Below are positions 1 through 10,270 of a DNA stretch of 36,292 nt, piece after piece. Position 1 is the first letter of the stretch. Each line of letters begins with the position of its first letter. A program made the position numbers and the translations under genes. The notes beneath the pieces were generated by a model. It saw nothing but the letters and a program-made list of their open reading frames with translations. It was not told where the DNA came from and did no database searches. Source of the stretch: a virus; the UHGV virus genome UHGV-0154029, one strand, 5' to 3'.

Positions 1-814
1 CAGCTACGCTCATGGCTTTTGGTGTAGCAGGAGTAACACCTACAGAATCTTCATTCGTAAACTCAGTGAACTTACAAGATATCCCTTCAACAATTTTAAC
101 CGGTCTTTCATTAGAGATGTTAAAAAAATATTTGTTTTTTTCTCCATCACCAGTAAATACAAGATGGGTTCCTTTACTCCAACTTTTTAATAATCTTTCA
201 GGCGCTGGTCTATATGTATCCCAATAATCAATGCCAGATCCAACCAGTGAACACCCCTCAGGAATGTTAATATTCTTCTTGATGATGCATATTCCTTCAG
301 GAATTGTTATAACCGACCTTCCAGAGTTTAAAGCTTTAATAAAAGCATCTGAATCATCTGTTACCCCATCTATTTTTGCTCCCCACCCTCTAACATCTCC
401 ACAATCTCTCCATCGTGCTATCTGCAACTCAGGATATTTTTTAGCGCCATCTGGATCTTCTAATTGCTGCCGTAGCTGATCGGGGTCATACTTCAGCACA
501 TTAGGAAAATAGAACTGCTGTGCACCATATGCATCATAAACAGCCATAGAATGGCCTTGCACAGTTACGAATTTGGCAATCTGTCCGTTATATACCGGGT
601 AACCAGCAGCGTTAATGATGATTGGTTGCGATACAGGAACGTGAGAACCGTCTTCATTCTCTACATAAACCTGAATCTGGTTTTCAGGATTTACCGGGTC
701 AGTGTCAATTTTTCCGATATAAATTTTGCCATTGGCAACCGCTTTAAAAGAACGCGCCATAGTGAAGAGTTGCGAAGGCATCGATACGATCACATTGGCT
801 GTAATGTCTGTCAT
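1..814 (-). CDS. Tailspike protein, N-terminal part only (P22 gp9-type head-binding domain followed by a divergent receptor-binding domain); gene continues past window start
   Basis: Minus-strand translation from ATG at 814 (RBS GGAG upstream) reads [97 protein letters not shown]..., matching the conserved head-binding domain of P22/Sf6/HK620-type tailspikes; open to position 1. Not in the ORF track because it is truncated. Confidence 0.85.
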   Translation of the reverse strand, partial: MTDITANVIVSMPSQLFTMARSFKAVANGKIYIGKIDTDPVNPENQIQVYVENEDGSHVPVSQPIIINAAGYPVYNGQIAKFVTVQGHSMAVYDAYGAQQFYFPNVLKYDPDQLRQQLEDPDGAKKYPELQIARWRDCGDVRGWGAKIDGVTDDSDAFIKALNSGRSVITIPEGICIIKKNINIPEGCSLVGSGIDYWDTYRPAPERLLKSWSKGTHLVFTGDGEKNKYFFNISNERPVKIVEGISCKFTEFTNEDSVGVTPATPKAMSVA

Positions 815-870
815 TTAATTTGCTCCAGATACAATGAATCGCCGCAGCATGGCTACGGTGAATTTTGGGC

Positions 871-896
871 ATAAAAAAACCCAGCCGAAGCTGGGT
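871..896 (-). terminator. Intrinsic terminator downstream of ant-like gene
   Basis: Minus-strand hairpin ACCCAGC-TTCG-GCTGGGT followed by a run of 7 T. Confidence 0.6.
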
Positions 897-914
897 CGTT
901 GCGTTGGTTATCTG

Positions 915-1844
915 TCAGTAGTTATGTACTGAAGGAGGTAATTCTTTATTCTTAAGTCTCATCCATGCGGAAAGATTCGTTGGTCCTTCTGGCTCATTGA
1001 TATCAACATCTCGTGTGTGATTGATTAAAACGTCCCTCGCCATTCCGATAACATACGAGAACTCATGACCGTAGTCGTAGCATCTGCCGGAATAGTTCGA
1101 TTGAATTTGTTTTAATGCCGGATACAGTTCGCGGAATAATGCCTGTGAGCGGTTGGCATAATCCCATAACCATACAAGGCTGTTTGCTTCTTTTGCAGAA
1201 AGCTCGTTGGTTTTCTTCTCTTGTTTGCCAATGAACTCACCTTCAAGCGGAACGCGAGCAGCAAGTGACAGTGCTTCGGTAAACTGCTCCTCACTGATTT
1301 CTTTGTACGAACATCCAAAATGGGATTTCAGTGACGACCACATGGTGATCATCGCCTTAGCCTGTTTTTCTTTTGGCAGAGACTGACCGCGACTCATGAC
1401 GAGTTGTTTAATGGCTTCCTGCTGTTCAGTGGTGATTTTACCCGGCAACGCCTTTTTAGCTTTGCGTGGGTTAACTACATGGCCTTTAGTCCAGTACTCG
1501 TAGAGAACATCGTCACACTCTTCCTGATACTGGATTACCTTGTCGCGGATTTCAGGGCGAACTTTGTTAGGACTGATGGTTTGCAGCCAGCCAGCAAGTT
1601 TGCGAAGTGCCAAACAAATAATCTCACGGCACTGTTCATCACCAGGAAGCTGCATTGTGATTTTCACAATGCAGGTTTTAAACCGTTGCTTTATTTTCGT
1701 AAACTGTGAAGCCCAATCCATACCCATGCCTTCAACGATAGGTTTCATTGGGGTGTACGGTTCACCGTTGTGATTGACGACATAAAGCTCTGCGCCGTGG
1801 AATGGCACGTTGATAGTAGATACTGCTGTTGCTATACTTTTCAT
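915..1844 (-). CDS. ant: Putative antirepressor (Ant-like, immI position)
   Basis: 309-aa ORF directly downstream of the arc-like gene and upstream of the tailspike, the position of ant in P22; RBS GAGGAAAA upstream of ATG. Family assignment from sequence alone is uncertain. Confidence 0.55.
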   Translation of the reverse strand: MKSIATAVSTINVPFHGAELYVVNHNGEPYTPMKPIVEGMGMDWASQFTKIKQRFKTCIVKITMQLPGDEQCREIICLALRKLAGWLQTISPNKVRPEIRDKVIQYQEECDDVLYEYWTKGHVVNPRKAKKALPGKITTEQQEAIKQLVMSRGQSLPKEKQAKAMITMWSSLKSHFGCSYKEISEEQFTEALSLAARVPLEGEFIGKQEKKTNELSAKEANSLVWLWDYANRSQALFRELYPALKQIQSNYSGRCYDYGHEFSYVIGMARDVLINHTRDVDINEPEGPTNLSAWMRLKNKELPPSVHNY

Positions 1845-1911
1845 GTCAGTTTTTCCTCAAAATTTACTGGCGATTTAAGCCCGAGCTACTCGCAATAGCT
1901 TGGGCTTTACT
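1845..1911 (+). ncRNA. Predicted sar-like antisense small RNA covering the ant RBS
   Basis: Plus-strand promoter TTGATA(1810-1815)-17 bp-TATACT(1833-1838) sits inside the ant 5' coding region; the transcript would be antisense to the ant start/RBS and run into a 10-bp-stem hairpin (1878-1907, GCCCGAGCTA...TAGCTTGGGC) followed by TTT. This is the arrangement of P22 sar. Confidence 0.35.
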
Positions 1912-2057
1912 CATTCTGGACAAACAATTCCATCCTTAGCTACTGACTCCTTTAGTCTCCTCAATACCTCATTACTGAACGACCGATCATCCTTTTTCGC
2001 GGACTGCTCCAAAGCCTTTTCTAGCCATTCTGGCATCCTTAATGTCTTAACTTTCAT
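1911..2057 (-). CDS. arc: Arc-like ribbon-helix-helix repressor (48 aa)
   Basis: Not in the ORF track (<60 aa). Minus-strand ORF MKVKTLRMPEWLEKALEQSAKKDDRSFSNEVLRRLKESVAKDGIVCPE with RBS AGGAG; RHH pattern resembling P22 Arc (RSxNSE motif region); immediately upstream of ant. Confidence 0.7.
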   Translation of the reverse strand: MKVKTLRMPEWLEKALEQSAKKDDRSFSNEVLRRLKESVAKDGIVCPE

Positions 2058-2161
2058 TTTTGCTCCTTTGTATGTGGTACGCATACATAGTATTTAGGTA
2101 CGCATTGATAGTCAATAGATACCTACATATCCTGTGGTAAATAATTATTCAGGATGCGCCG
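2058..2161. promoter_or_regulatory. Divergent promoter/operator region (Pant-like on minus strand, Pmnt-like on plus strand)
   Basis: Minus strand: TTGACT (plus 2110-2115) - 17 bp - TACTAT (plus 2087-2092) upstream of arc. Plus strand: TTGATA (2106-2111) - 17 bp - TATCCT upstream of mnt-like gene. Direct repeats GGTACGCAT (2075-2083 and 2098-2106) and palindrome ATTGATAGTCAAT are candidate Arc/Mnt operators. Confidence 0.55.
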
Positions 2162-2413
2162 ATGTCTGATCGTAAGTACAAAAACCCTCAAGTGAATCTG
2201 AGGCTTCCTGTAGAGATAAAGGAACGTCTTATTGAGCTGGCTGAGGCTAATTCTCGTTCATTAAATGCTGAGATGGTAGCAGCACTTGAGGCATGGACTG
2301 AAAAAAATAAACATATTCAAGCACTAGATATTGCAACTATAGCATCGCGGTTGATAGAGCTTGAGCATGAGGTTGAGAAGTTAAAATGTATGCATGGCAA
2401 CGGTGAAAAATGA
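2162..2413 (+). CDS. mnt: Mnt-like ribbon-helix-helix repressor (83 aa)
   Basis: N-terminus PQVNLRLPVEIKERLIELAEANSRSLNAEMVAAL has the RHH pattern of Arc/Mnt; the C-terminal half is predicted coiled coil as in Mnt; divergent from arc/ant as in P22 immI. Confidence 0.65.
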   Translation: MSDRKYKNPQVNLRLPVEIKERLIELAEANSRSLNAEMVAALEAWTEKNKHIQALDIATIASRLIELEHEVEKLKCMHGNGEK

Positions 2414-2727
2414 AACGCATCGCTATCCTATTGCTCCTGTGTCTCTCGAGCATAGCTAACGCAGAAACAAAATCAGACGATAGCAGTTTTGATGAAATAC
2501 AAGGCCTCATGATAGCTTCGAAAATGGCTGGTATGTGTGGTGCAATCAAACAAATGGCAATATTCCAAGAATCTACAAACATGCCGGGTGGGAATGAATT
2601 CTTACAGAGATTCCTTACTACAGAGCAAGCAAGGCTTGGGATGACTCCGCAGCAATTTCTTGAAGCATGTCAGAAATCAATCTCTATTTATACCACCTAT
2701 TACAATATGAGCTCTGAGAAAAAATAG
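2410..2727 (+). CDS. Secreted (signal-peptide) protein of unknown function, co-transcribed with mnt-like gene
   Basis: 105 aa; N-terminus MKRIAILLLLCLSSIANA is a classic Sec signal peptide with an AxA cleavage site; its start overlaps the mnt-like stop (ATGA). Confidence 0.6.
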   Translation: MKRIAILLLLCLSSIANAETKSDDSSFDEIQGLMIASKMAGMCGAIKQMAIFQESTNMPGGNEFLQRFLTTEQARLGMTPQQFLEACQKSISIYTTYYNMSSEKK

Positions 2728-2736
2728 ACTATGGTT

Positions 2737-2922
2737 TCAACAACTTCCGCGTCCCTGAGTAATTCTATTGCGGATTTGCTTCTTACGGTGGTTTAAGCTG
2801 GAGAGCTTGGCTTCTGCTTCTGATATTTGCGCATCAAGATCTTTAAGCTCAAGATCTGAAAGTCGCTGGTCAAGCAGGGTTTGGTTCAACTCAATGTTGT
2901 TCAGGCGTTCTTCTATGGTCAT
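2737..2922 (-). CDS. Small coiled-coil protein (61 aa), unknown function
   Basis: ORF with strong RBS AAGGAG 7 nt upstream of ATG; heptad-like sequence IEERLNNIELNQTLLDQRLSDLELKDLDAQISEAEAKL. Confidence 0.45.
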   Translation of the reverse strand: MTIEERLNNIELNQTLLDQRLSDLELKDLDAQISEAEAKLSSLNHRKKQIRNRITQGRGSC

Positions 2923-2934
2923 GATTACTCCTTA

Positions 2935-2958
2935 TAAAAAACCCACCTGACGGTGGGT
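2935..2958 (-). terminator. Intrinsic terminator downstream of lipoprotein gene
   Basis: Minus-strand hairpin CCCACC-GTCA-GGTGGG followed by TTTTTT. Confidence 0.6.
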
Positions 2959-2966
2959 TTCATTTC

Positions 2967-3398
2967 TTAATCTTGCTTTGTGGACGGTATAAGGGATGCG
3001 TTTGCCTCTTTTGGCTTCAAGGTATACATCCCACCATTAAATGGATCAACAGCAAGCCAACCAATTAACCCACCAAACACAAGGTTTCCACCAATATACC
3101 AACCATTAGCATTGGCTTTGATTGGCAGGGTAACTGGTTCGTACCCATCCTTTTCCATAGTGATCTGGTAACTCTTTTTGCCAAAATAACTACCATCTGA
3201 CTTGGCAAGAGTTACTCCTTGTGGGGTCTTACCTTGCGCAACAATCACGCCTGATTCGTCTTTTACCTTAAAGCTCGCACCGGAAGGATTGCTGTTCACT
3301 TGCACAAGCTGTGTTTCGTCACCAACAATAGTTGCGCACCCAGATAACATGATAGCGCCAGCAACGACGCTAATAATCCTCTTCATATCAATTTCCAT
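2967..3398 (-). CDS. Lipoprotein (lipobox LSGC), moron at the P22 sieA position; candidate superinfection-exclusion factor
   Basis: ORF MEIDMKRIISVVAGAIMLSGCATIV...: signal peptide plus lipobox L-S-G-C; the true start may be the second Met (3386). Located between the gp16-like ejection gene and the immI module. Confidence 0.7.
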   Translation of the reverse strand: MEIDMKRIISVVAGAIMLSGCATIVGDETQLVQVNSNPSGASFKVKDESGVIVAQGKTPQGVTLAKSDGSYFGKKSYQITMEKDGYEPVTLPIKANANGWYIGGNLVFGGLIGWLAVDPFNGGMYTLKPKEANASLIPSTKQD

Positions 3399-3481
3399 AT
3401 CTAAAAAACCGGAAACATCCTAATGACAAACCATTCAAATGTGAAGCACGAGATAAGATCAATCCATCCGTGGACGACTAA

Positions 3482-5641
3482 TTACTCCTGTGTCATTCCG
3501 CTTAGCGATGCCACAATCCCAGCCCTCGACAAACGCTGGAACTCTTCGTTTCCTAGTGCATCGCGAATTGCTTTTACGGCGGCCTTATTTGCCATAAATC
3601 TGCGTTCCGCCGCCGCTAATGCTTCTTTGCTTCCGCCTGCTCTTACTGCTTTGGTGGCTTCCTGAACAGCTTTCTCTATCGCATATCGACCACTACGTGT
3701 GGTGGCAATTTTAGATACAGCGCCTTTTAACCCAGCGCCAACTAAAGCACCCGCGGCAGCGCCTGCAATGCCCCCTCCAGCGCCACCAACAATGGCACCT
3801 GATGTTGAGTTGGCAATTGCATTTAACACTGTTGATGTGACGTTGGATAAACCAGCATCCAGATCGCGTAGTACATTGGCAGTTCTCCCTGTTCTTTCAA
3901 TATACTGCTGAGGTTTCACTGCCGCTCTTGCAAGAGTGCCATATGCATCAGCAATTCTTCCAAGTTCTGAGGAATATCTGCTAATGGCTTTTACATTTTG
4001 TGGGGTAAGTATCCCTGCGATATGGTTAATTCCTGCTGCATCAGATTTGCCACCACGTACACCATGCGAGATAGCATCCTGCAACATTGATGATATAGCA
4101 GGAACACGCTCTGATTCTGGCAGCGCGCGGATCATAGAATGGAATCCGGCAGGACCATTAAGACCTTTAGCTGACGATGATTGAAGAGATTTTACTCCAT
4201 TCGTAATCAGTGCATCTGTTGCCAAATCACGCCCAAAAACAGACTCTGCACTCTCTTGTGCGGATAGCCTCGCTTTAGACAGATCATTAGCTTTTTGCCA
4301 GTCATCAAAAAATCCGCCGTTTTCCGCCATTGTGCGCATATCATCAGTAATTGCCCGACGTATTTCCCCTGCTCTCCTTGCCGCATTTGCCTCTCCGCTA
4401 CGCTTATATTTTTGCTCCGCATCAGCAAATTTCGCTCTCCATGCTTTCATGCCATCAAATGTTACTCCACCTTGATTGTTTGCCTGAACAAACTGTTTCA
4501 TTTCAGGAGTAAGCGGTATGCCAGCAGATCGCTCTGCCTGAATAACGGCATTACCATTTAGCATTCTTGCTTTTTGATTTGGCATTGTTGACCGCACGTC
4601 ATCCCATGCCGCGCGCTCAGCATCCTTCATCTGATCAAGATGTTGGAGAATCCTTTGTTTTATAGCCGCACTTTTTTCTGATGCCGTTCCAGATGCGGCC
4701 CCAAATTCATCAAGGTTTCGACTTAACTTTGATGATATTTCGTTAAATGCTGCCTGATGGGCATCCTGAACAATCCCTGGTGTTGATGCCAATGCGCCTT
4801 CGGCTTGTGCAATTCCACGACTTCCAGATCGCATTCCTGGTGTTAATGCGTTTATATCAATTCCAGCAGACTCAGCCGCTTTTGCTACATCTTCGGAGAC
4901 ATTAGCGGCCTGACTGGCAATTGACTGACGCCCGGCACCTGACTTTGCCATCCTGGAAACATCATTAGCAGAATTCAGTGCTGCACCACCAAGAGCCTGT
5001 GAAACCCTTGGCGCAATAACGCGCCCGACACCTGAAAGAACGCCTTGAGCACCAATATTGATACCACCGTTAATGGCAGCATTTTGTGCAAAATCACCCT
5101 CCTGATTTGCAGCATCAGCAAGAGAACCGGCAATCATGTTTCCTGCGGAACCGATATCTCCAGCGAGCTTTGCTGTCGCTCCAGCAGCTTTTGCCGCTGT
5201 GCCAATTGGCAGGAGATACCCACCAATTGTTTCACCGGCTTGCGCGTAAGGATCTGTCGGTCGGTCGACTGGACGATAGACATCATCCAATACTTTTGGC
5301 CCACCAAGCCCCTGACTGATTGCATTAATCAGACTTGCGCCACCCTGCAATACGTCAAATGGTATGTTTACCAGACCACGACCAGCCTGTTCTGCAATTT
5401 GCCCTGCACTTTGACCACCTGTGAGCCAATCGCCAGCTTGTTGCATCAATGATGGTTCTTCTTTCTGCTGCTGAGGCGGAGGGTATGCTGCATAAAACTG
5501 ATCTCTTGCTTCAGCCCATTTGTCACCAGCCTTAGGGGCAACAACCTCATCAAAATATTGCGCTTGAGCCTGTGCTTTCTGTTCTTCAGTTAACGCCTGA
5601 TACTGTGGAGAGGCGATAACATCTTTCCATGCTTTAGCCAT
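3482..5641 (-). CDS. Ejection/injection protein, P22 gp16-like (719 aa, enlarged)
   Basis: Position directly after the gp20 homolog in conserved P22 order; Ala/Gly-rich segments. Longer than P22 gp16 as I recall it (about 609 aa). Confidence 0.7.
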   Translation of the reverse strand: MAKAWKDVIASPQYQALTEEQKAQAQAQYFDEVVAPKAGDKWAEARDQFYAAYPPPQQQKEEPSLMQQAGDWLTGGQSAGQIAEQAGRGLVNIPFDVLQGGASLINAISQGLGGPKVLDDVYRPVDRPTDPYAQAGETIGGYLLPIGTAAKAAGATAKLAGDIGSAGNMIAGSLADAANQEGDFAQNAAINGGINIGAQGVLSGVGRVIAPRVSQALGGAALNSANDVSRMAKSGAGRQSIASQAANVSEDVAKAAESAGIDINALTPGMRSGSRGIAQAEGALASTPGIVQDAHQAAFNEISSKLSRNLDEFGAASGTASEKSAAIKQRILQHLDQMKDAERAAWDDVRSTMPNQKARMLNGNAVIQAERSAGIPLTPEMKQFVQANNQGGVTFDGMKAWRAKFADAEQKYKRSGEANAARRAGEIRRAITDDMRTMAENGGFFDDWQKANDLSKARLSAQESAESVFGRDLATDALITNGVKSLQSSSAKGLNGPAGFHSMIRALPESERVPAISSMLQDAISHGVRGGKSDAAGINHIAGILTPQNVKAISRYSSELGRIADAYGTLARAAVKPQQYIERTGRTANVLRDLDAGLSNVTSTVLNAIANSTSGAIVGGAGGGIAGAAAGALVGAGLKGAVSKIATTRSGRYAIEKAVQEATKAVRAGGSKEALAAAERRFMANKAAVKAIRDALGNEEFQRLSRAGIVASLSGMTQE

Positions 5642-6990
5642 TAATCACCCCATAAAGACGAGAAACCGGACTTATTGCTGTCGCTTCCTGATTTTCGCTC
5701 ACTAACATATGTGTCATAACCTGATGAACTATATCCCATTGATTCAGCCTCCCTTGCTGCAACCTTTTGAAATACAGAATATTGAGATCGTATTTCAGAT
5801 AACTGTTTTCTGACGACCTCTTCAGGCTGTGTTATATCGAGTTTCGCGATCAGGTTTTCCAGTTTTTGGCCTTCAGCATTGGAGAGGCTACCCATACCTC
5901 GCATAGTCTGCACGTTCTGGACAAACGCACCCGACTTTAATTCTTCTATCGCATTACGGTTTGCAAGCCCTTCAGCACTTGTGAAGCCATCTATATTTCT
6001 TCCTTCGAAGCGACCAATACCTTCAAGCTCCTTCTTACCAAGCAAAGAATCAATTTTCTCTATCCCTCGCTCACCAGTAATCAACGCATTGTTGTAATTA
6101 TTGTTGCCATCAAGCCATCTCTTAGCCTGAGACATTCTGGCTGACGTTGCAGCTTTACCGGTTAGCGGATCAATTCCCGTCGCTGCTATTTGTGAGTTAA
6201 GAGACAAAACATCCATATCCTGAAGTTGTCCTGCTCTTTCAAGGGCCGCCTGTGACTGCTTAAACACATACTTGTCGTGATTCAGTCTTGCCATTTGAGC
6301 CTTATAGGAAAGATCCTGCCCCCTAATAGCCCTCGCATTCGTCATGTCATTATTGCGAATGGTTTCGTTAATTCTTTGCTGCTCCTGCTGGCGACCAACC
6401 ATCTTATCCTGAACAGCAAACGCCTTTTCTGGTCCAAGCGCACCGAGAGACATAGTAGTCAGCATGTGTGATAGCTGCTCTGGATTCTGGATACCTGTCT
6501 GAATCATCCAGTCAGCATTAGCACCAACGCGATTTAACCTGTCCTTGTTGTCAGTAATGAATTTACTGTAGGCTTCCGGTCCCTGAGAAAGAGCGACGTT
6601 AGCCCTCATGGCTAAATCGCCCATATCGTTGCGTTGCTGCTCATTAAGACCGGAAAACGCCTGTTGTGCCTGTGCAACAAACGCTGGATTTTCCTTGGCA
6701 AACTTAAATAGTCCCGATGGATCACCAGAAGCCCATGCATCAGCATGAACCTTATTGAACGCATTAATCGCTTTCTGTTGCTGTTCCTGCTTATAAATAT
6801 CAGCAACTCCAGCCAGACCACGTAACGCGGTCAGACCAACGTTATTTGCACCTGAGCGAGCCAGTTCATTGTTTTCGCGGATCAGACCAAGCGTTGCGTT
6901 AATGTCGCTTGCCTTTGGCGCATTCTCATTTTGCGCACCAATTCCAGCCAGAAAACCACCAGAATTAATACCCTGTTGCCACGTAGCCAT
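5641..6990 (-). CDS. Ejection protein, P22 gp20-like
   Basis: 449-aa ORF in conserved position between gp7 and gp16 homologs; start overlaps gp16 homolog. Confidence 0.8.
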   Translation of the reverse strand: MATWQQGINSGGFLAGIGAQNENAPKASDINATLGLIRENNELARSGANNVGLTALRGLAGVADIYKQEQQQKAINAFNKVHADAWASGDPSGLFKFAKENPAFVAQAQQAFSGLNEQQRNDMGDLAMRANVALSQGPEAYSKFITDNKDRLNRVGANADWMIQTGIQNPEQLSHMLTTMSLGALGPEKAFAVQDKMVGRQQEQQRINETIRNNDMTNARAIRGQDLSYKAQMARLNHDKYVFKQSQAALERAGQLQDMDVLSLNSQIAATGIDPLTGKAATSARMSQAKRWLDGNNNYNNALITGERGIEKIDSLLGKKELEGIGRFEGRNIDGFTSAEGLANRNAIEELKSGAFVQNVQTMRGMGSLSNAEGQKLENLIAKLDITQPEEVVRKQLSEIRSQYSVFQKVAAREAESMGYSSSGYDTYVSERKSGSDSNKSGFSSLWGD

Positions 6991-7000
6991 TGATTACCCC

Positions 7001-7693
7001 TTAAAACAACGAGCCAAGCAGACCAAGACCAGCACCGATACCAGCACCCCACGGAGTTGATAGCTCGAGAGCACTGGCTATGCCACCACCCAAAAGCGCA
7101 CCGGATGCAGCACCACTAACACCCTGCTGCAATGCTGACGGTCGGTTGGCGTTTGCCGCCGCCAGCGCCGCGCTTTGCTGTGAAATCTGACTCATGTTGT
7201 TGGCATATGTTTGCCCGGCGTTTGCCTGACCTTGCAGAGCACCAAGCCCAACGTTTGCCAGATTCTGGTAGTTGTTCATCTGACCAGACAGCCACTGCTG
7301 ACCAAGCGTTGGTGCGATTGTTGCTAACTGATTACCGGTTGCAGTGGAACCCAATCCACCTGTTGCTTCTGCTGCCGCCAGACTCTGATAGCGAGCCTGA
7401 CCAGCAAGATCTTTGTACTGCTGAGAGTTGTAATACTGGTTAAGTGCCTGACCTTGCCCTTCCAGAGACGATAAGTTCTCGAGGCTGCCGACATACTTAT
7501 CAGCCAGAGGAGTAAACGGCTTCAGGTTGTTCATGATGGTGTTGAACTGCTGATTTTGCAGGTCTGCTGCATACTTCTGAGCTTCTGCGGCATACTTTGC
7601 GCTTTTATCAGAACTGCCACCTTTCCCGCCTTTTTCAGGGCAATAAGGTTCCTCGCCGCGCAGTTTTCTGCCCAGCTTAAATGCATATAACAT
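7001..7693 (-). CDS. Ejection protein, P22 gp7-like
   Basis: 230 aa; N-terminus MLYAFKLGRKLRGEEPYCPEKGGKGGSSDKSAKYAAEAQKYAADLQNQQF and Gln/Ala/Gly-rich C-terminus match P22 gp7. Confidence 0.85.
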   Translation of the reverse strand: MLYAFKLGRKLRGEEPYCPEKGGKGGSSDKSAKYAAEAQKYAADLQNQQFNTIMNNLKPFTPLADKYVGSLENLSSLEGQGQALNQYYNSQQYKDLAGQARYQSLAAAEATGGLGSTATGNQLATIAPTLGQQWLSGQMNNYQNLANVGLGALQGQANAGQTYANNMSQISQQSAALAAANANRPSALQQGVSGAASGALLGGGIASALELSTPWGAGIGAGLGLLGSLF

Positions 7694-7695
7694 GG

Positions 7696-8151
7696 CTATC
7701 TCCCGTGATTCAGGAAGTCGATTAGTTCTTCGCGTGTGGCGCTGTAAAATGTCACGTCATCCACGCCTTTGAAGTATTTCTTGATGGTTCCTACACGCTT
7801 AAGGCCAATCATTGCGCAGTAAATCTGCCCGTGGCGGAATTTGCGTGCGGCGAACGATGTGACGCACTGAACGGTGGTGTTAGTCAGAATGTATCGCCAG
7901 AACGCCAGCCCGATTTCCTTGCTGAACCCACGAACCTCTGGCAGGTACATGGCGTGGCAATCGAATGTCAGCGGCTGAATCTCCTGATAGTAAACAATGC
8001 CGCCGAACTGCCCGTGCACGTTCACCTCAAAGTAACGGCAATCAGGTTTGTAGTCGTATCCATCACCGTTATTGCTCCCGGCGATAATGTCAGGGTGATT
8101 TCCGACTGCTTCGATCAGATCGATGTTTCGCGTTGGTTTGAATGTAATCAT
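7696..8151 (-). CDS. P22 gp14-like protein
   Basis: 151 aa; position between needle and gp7 homologs; N-terminus [43 protein letters not shown] resembles gp14. Confidence 0.75.
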   Translation of the reverse strand: MITFKPTRNIDLIEAVGNHPDIIAGSNNGDGYDYKPDCRYFEVNVHGQFGGIVYYQEIQPLTFDCHAMYLPEVRGFSKEIGLAFWRYILTNTTVQCVTSFAARKFRHGQIYCAMIGLKRVGTIKKYFKGVDDVTFYSATREELIDFLNHGR

Positions 8152-8852
8152 CAGTCAATCAGCCCATGTAATCTAAGTGCTGTTTCAAGCGCCAGAATAC
8201 GCTGCCGCGCCTGCTGCAAACCTGTAGCGAGAGCTGCGACTTCGGATTGTGTGTACGTAGTGCCGACCGTGTATGACTGGTTAGCGTTGAATGAGCCAAG
8301 AAGTTGCGTACCTGTGGCTGCAGTCCATCCGGTATTTCTTGCTCCAACAACCTGAATTCCATCAACTGAATATGATGTTTTTACATCCAGCGGTGACGCA
8401 AGAGACTGCGATTCGGTTACGGTTTTCGATACGTAATCACTCTTAATGTCAGATACATCGCTTTCTACGCCATCCAGTCTTTGGTCAACAGTGACCAGAT
8501 GCGCCTGAATATCGATAACCTCATCCAGCAAGTAATCAACATCGCTACGCAGTACGACTATCTTCCCTTCGGCGGTTGTTAACCTGACCTCAAGGAGATT
8601 TATCGCTTTTGTGTTTGCGGTGATTCTTGCGTCGTGATCTGCCAGTTCGACGTCCTGTTCATCGTTTTTTACCTGAGCATCGTAAGCGCCCTGACCAGCC
8701 TGATTTGCCTTCCCGGCAATTGCGCCAACATCAGCACCCTGATTTATGACATACAGCAGGTAAGACTGGCTGAATATATTGCGTGGCAAAATTGAAGCAT
8801 CAAGGCGCGTAGCCTGAACCGCGACAGGATTATTCAGTGATGAATCCGCCAT
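8151..8852 (-). CDS. Tail needle, P22 gp26-like
   Basis: 233 aa; [36 protein letters not shown]...[16 protein letters not shown] and C-terminal ...[13 protein letters not shown] match P22 gp26 (also 233 aa). Confidence 0.9.
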   Translation of the reverse strand: MADSSLNNPVAVQATRLDASILPRNIFSQSYLLYVINQGADVGAIAGKANQAGQGAYDAQVKNDEQDVELADHDARITANTKAINLLEVRLTTAEGKIVVLRSDVDYLLDEVIDIQAHLVTVDQRLDGVESDVSDIKSDYVSKTVTESQSLASPLDVKTSYSVDGIQVVGARNTGWTAATGTQLLGSFNANQSYTVGTTYTQSEVAALATGLQQARQRILALETALRLHGLID

Positions 8853-10270
8853 TACTCAATCCTTATCTGGCAGCCAGATAGAGTGACAGGTGACTTCGTG
8901 ATAACGCGCAATTTGAAGCCGACATTTTTCCTGATGCGCCCTACTCGCTTCCACAAAACACGTTTGTCGTAAACGAACGGTTCATTCTGCTCAATCATCT
9001 GCTCACGCCCGTAATTGATGCCGTCAGTGGTTGCAGAGAGAAAAAGGCGGTCAGCATACTGCGCAACTCCAGTTGACGATTCAACCTCAAGATCAAAGCA
9101 TCTGGCATTATCTGCTTTGAACAACGGAGTAAACAGCAGGTGTTCCTGCTGCTTGTCGTACTGGCTGCTGATATCGAACTGCAATTTCCCGGTCACGGAT
9201 TCCAGCTTATCGCCGCACGTTATCTGATTGCCTTCGTAAATGAAGTCGATAGCGCGGTACACATCGTCATACAGCCCTGTTTTCAGCACACACCATTGCG
9301 GACCATTGGCGCTTGAAGATGCGTCATACACTAGGACGTGGCGCGGCAGGTGGATAATCAGCAACTCATGAGCATCAAATCGCAGAGACTCCATTACGGC
9401 ATCAGCCAGTTCATCAGCAGTGTAGGAGCGTAGTATTTTCTCAATGCTCGCACTGGCGATTGGTGATACCTGGCCGGAGCCGATGATGTATACAGACGGA
9501 GCACCTGTTGCCGGATTGCTGATGAACGCATAGGAATCAGCGAATGGCGTTTTGCAATAGGTTCCGGCAATACCTTTCTGCACCATCAGCGATGGTTGTG
9601 CAACATACAAAGCGGCACCAACGGTGGTTGCACCAGTCAGGGAAAAATACTCAATCGTCGATGAACCAAAGCAGACGATGAAGTCTCGCCATGTTCCGAT
9701 TCCGATGATGCCGTCAGGCTGCGACTCGGCACGATATTGTGCGCTGTAGCGGTCAGGATGCGATTCGTCTTCAAGGTCAGTGATAAACCATGAATCAGTG
9801 CCGTCTTTTGACCACGCATAACGCCCGCGTAAGCGCGTAATGTCACGAACAGAACCTAACTCATACTGCGTGAATCCGCTGTCTGTAGGCCAGTTTGAGA
9901 CGGTTTTAACCGTGCCATCATAGCGGTATTCGACCAGTTGCCCGTTAACACCTACCGCCTGTGATGTCCGACCATGTGCCATTGATACGCGACCACTTCC
10001 GGCAACATCACCGACTTCACTTTCGCCTTTGTACAGCTTGCCACCACACACGCGATAAACAGCATTCTGCGCCATGTTGTACTCGACGCCACGCGATACG
10101 CCGTTCACATCAGAACGTTTGGCAATGCCCGGGAATGAGCGAAGATATCCGCTGCTGTTAAGGATTTCTTTTGGTGTAGCCAACATATTCACTGGCAGAT
10201 AGTCGATATAGTCGGCGTTTCGGAAGTCTTTGCCGACACCTTTCATAAGCGGAAGTTGCTGAATCGGCAT
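8852..10270 (-). CDS. Tail hub protein, P22 gp10-like
   Basis: 472 aa, the same length as P22 gp10; conserved position; start/stop overlap with neighbours. Confidence 0.85.
   Translation of the reverse strand: MPIQQLPLMKGVGKDFRNADYIDYLPVNMLATPKEILNSSGYLRSFPGIAKRSDVNGVSRGVEYNMAQNAVYRVCGGKLYKGESEVGDVAGSGRVSMAHGRTSQAVGVNGQLVEYRYDGTVKTVSNWPTDSGFTQYELGSVRDITRLRGRYAWSKDGTDSWFITDLEDESHPDRYSAQYRAESQPDGIIGIGTWRDFIVCFGSSTIEYFSLTGATTVGAALYVAQPSLMVQKGIAGTYCKTPFADSYAFISNPATGAPSVYIIGSGQVSPIASASIEKILRSYTADELADAVMESLRFDAHELLIIHLPRHVLVYDASSSANGPQWCVLKTGLYDDVYRAIDFIYEGNQITCGDKLESVTGKLQFDISSQYDKQQEHLLFTPLFKADNARCFDLEVESSTGVAQYADRLFLSATTDGINYGREQMIEQNEPFVYDKRVLWKRVGRIRKNVGFKLRVITKSPVTLSGCQIRIE

Noticed and set aside
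12-874. Three plus-strand ORFs (71, 82, 107 aa) at the window start
   Set aside because: They are antisense to the minus-strand tailspike reading frame, which has clear homology; no RBS or motifs.
1112-1773. ORFs of 68, 101 and 77 aa overlapping the ant-like gene
   Set aside because: Alternative-frame or antisense ORFs within a longer supported CDS.
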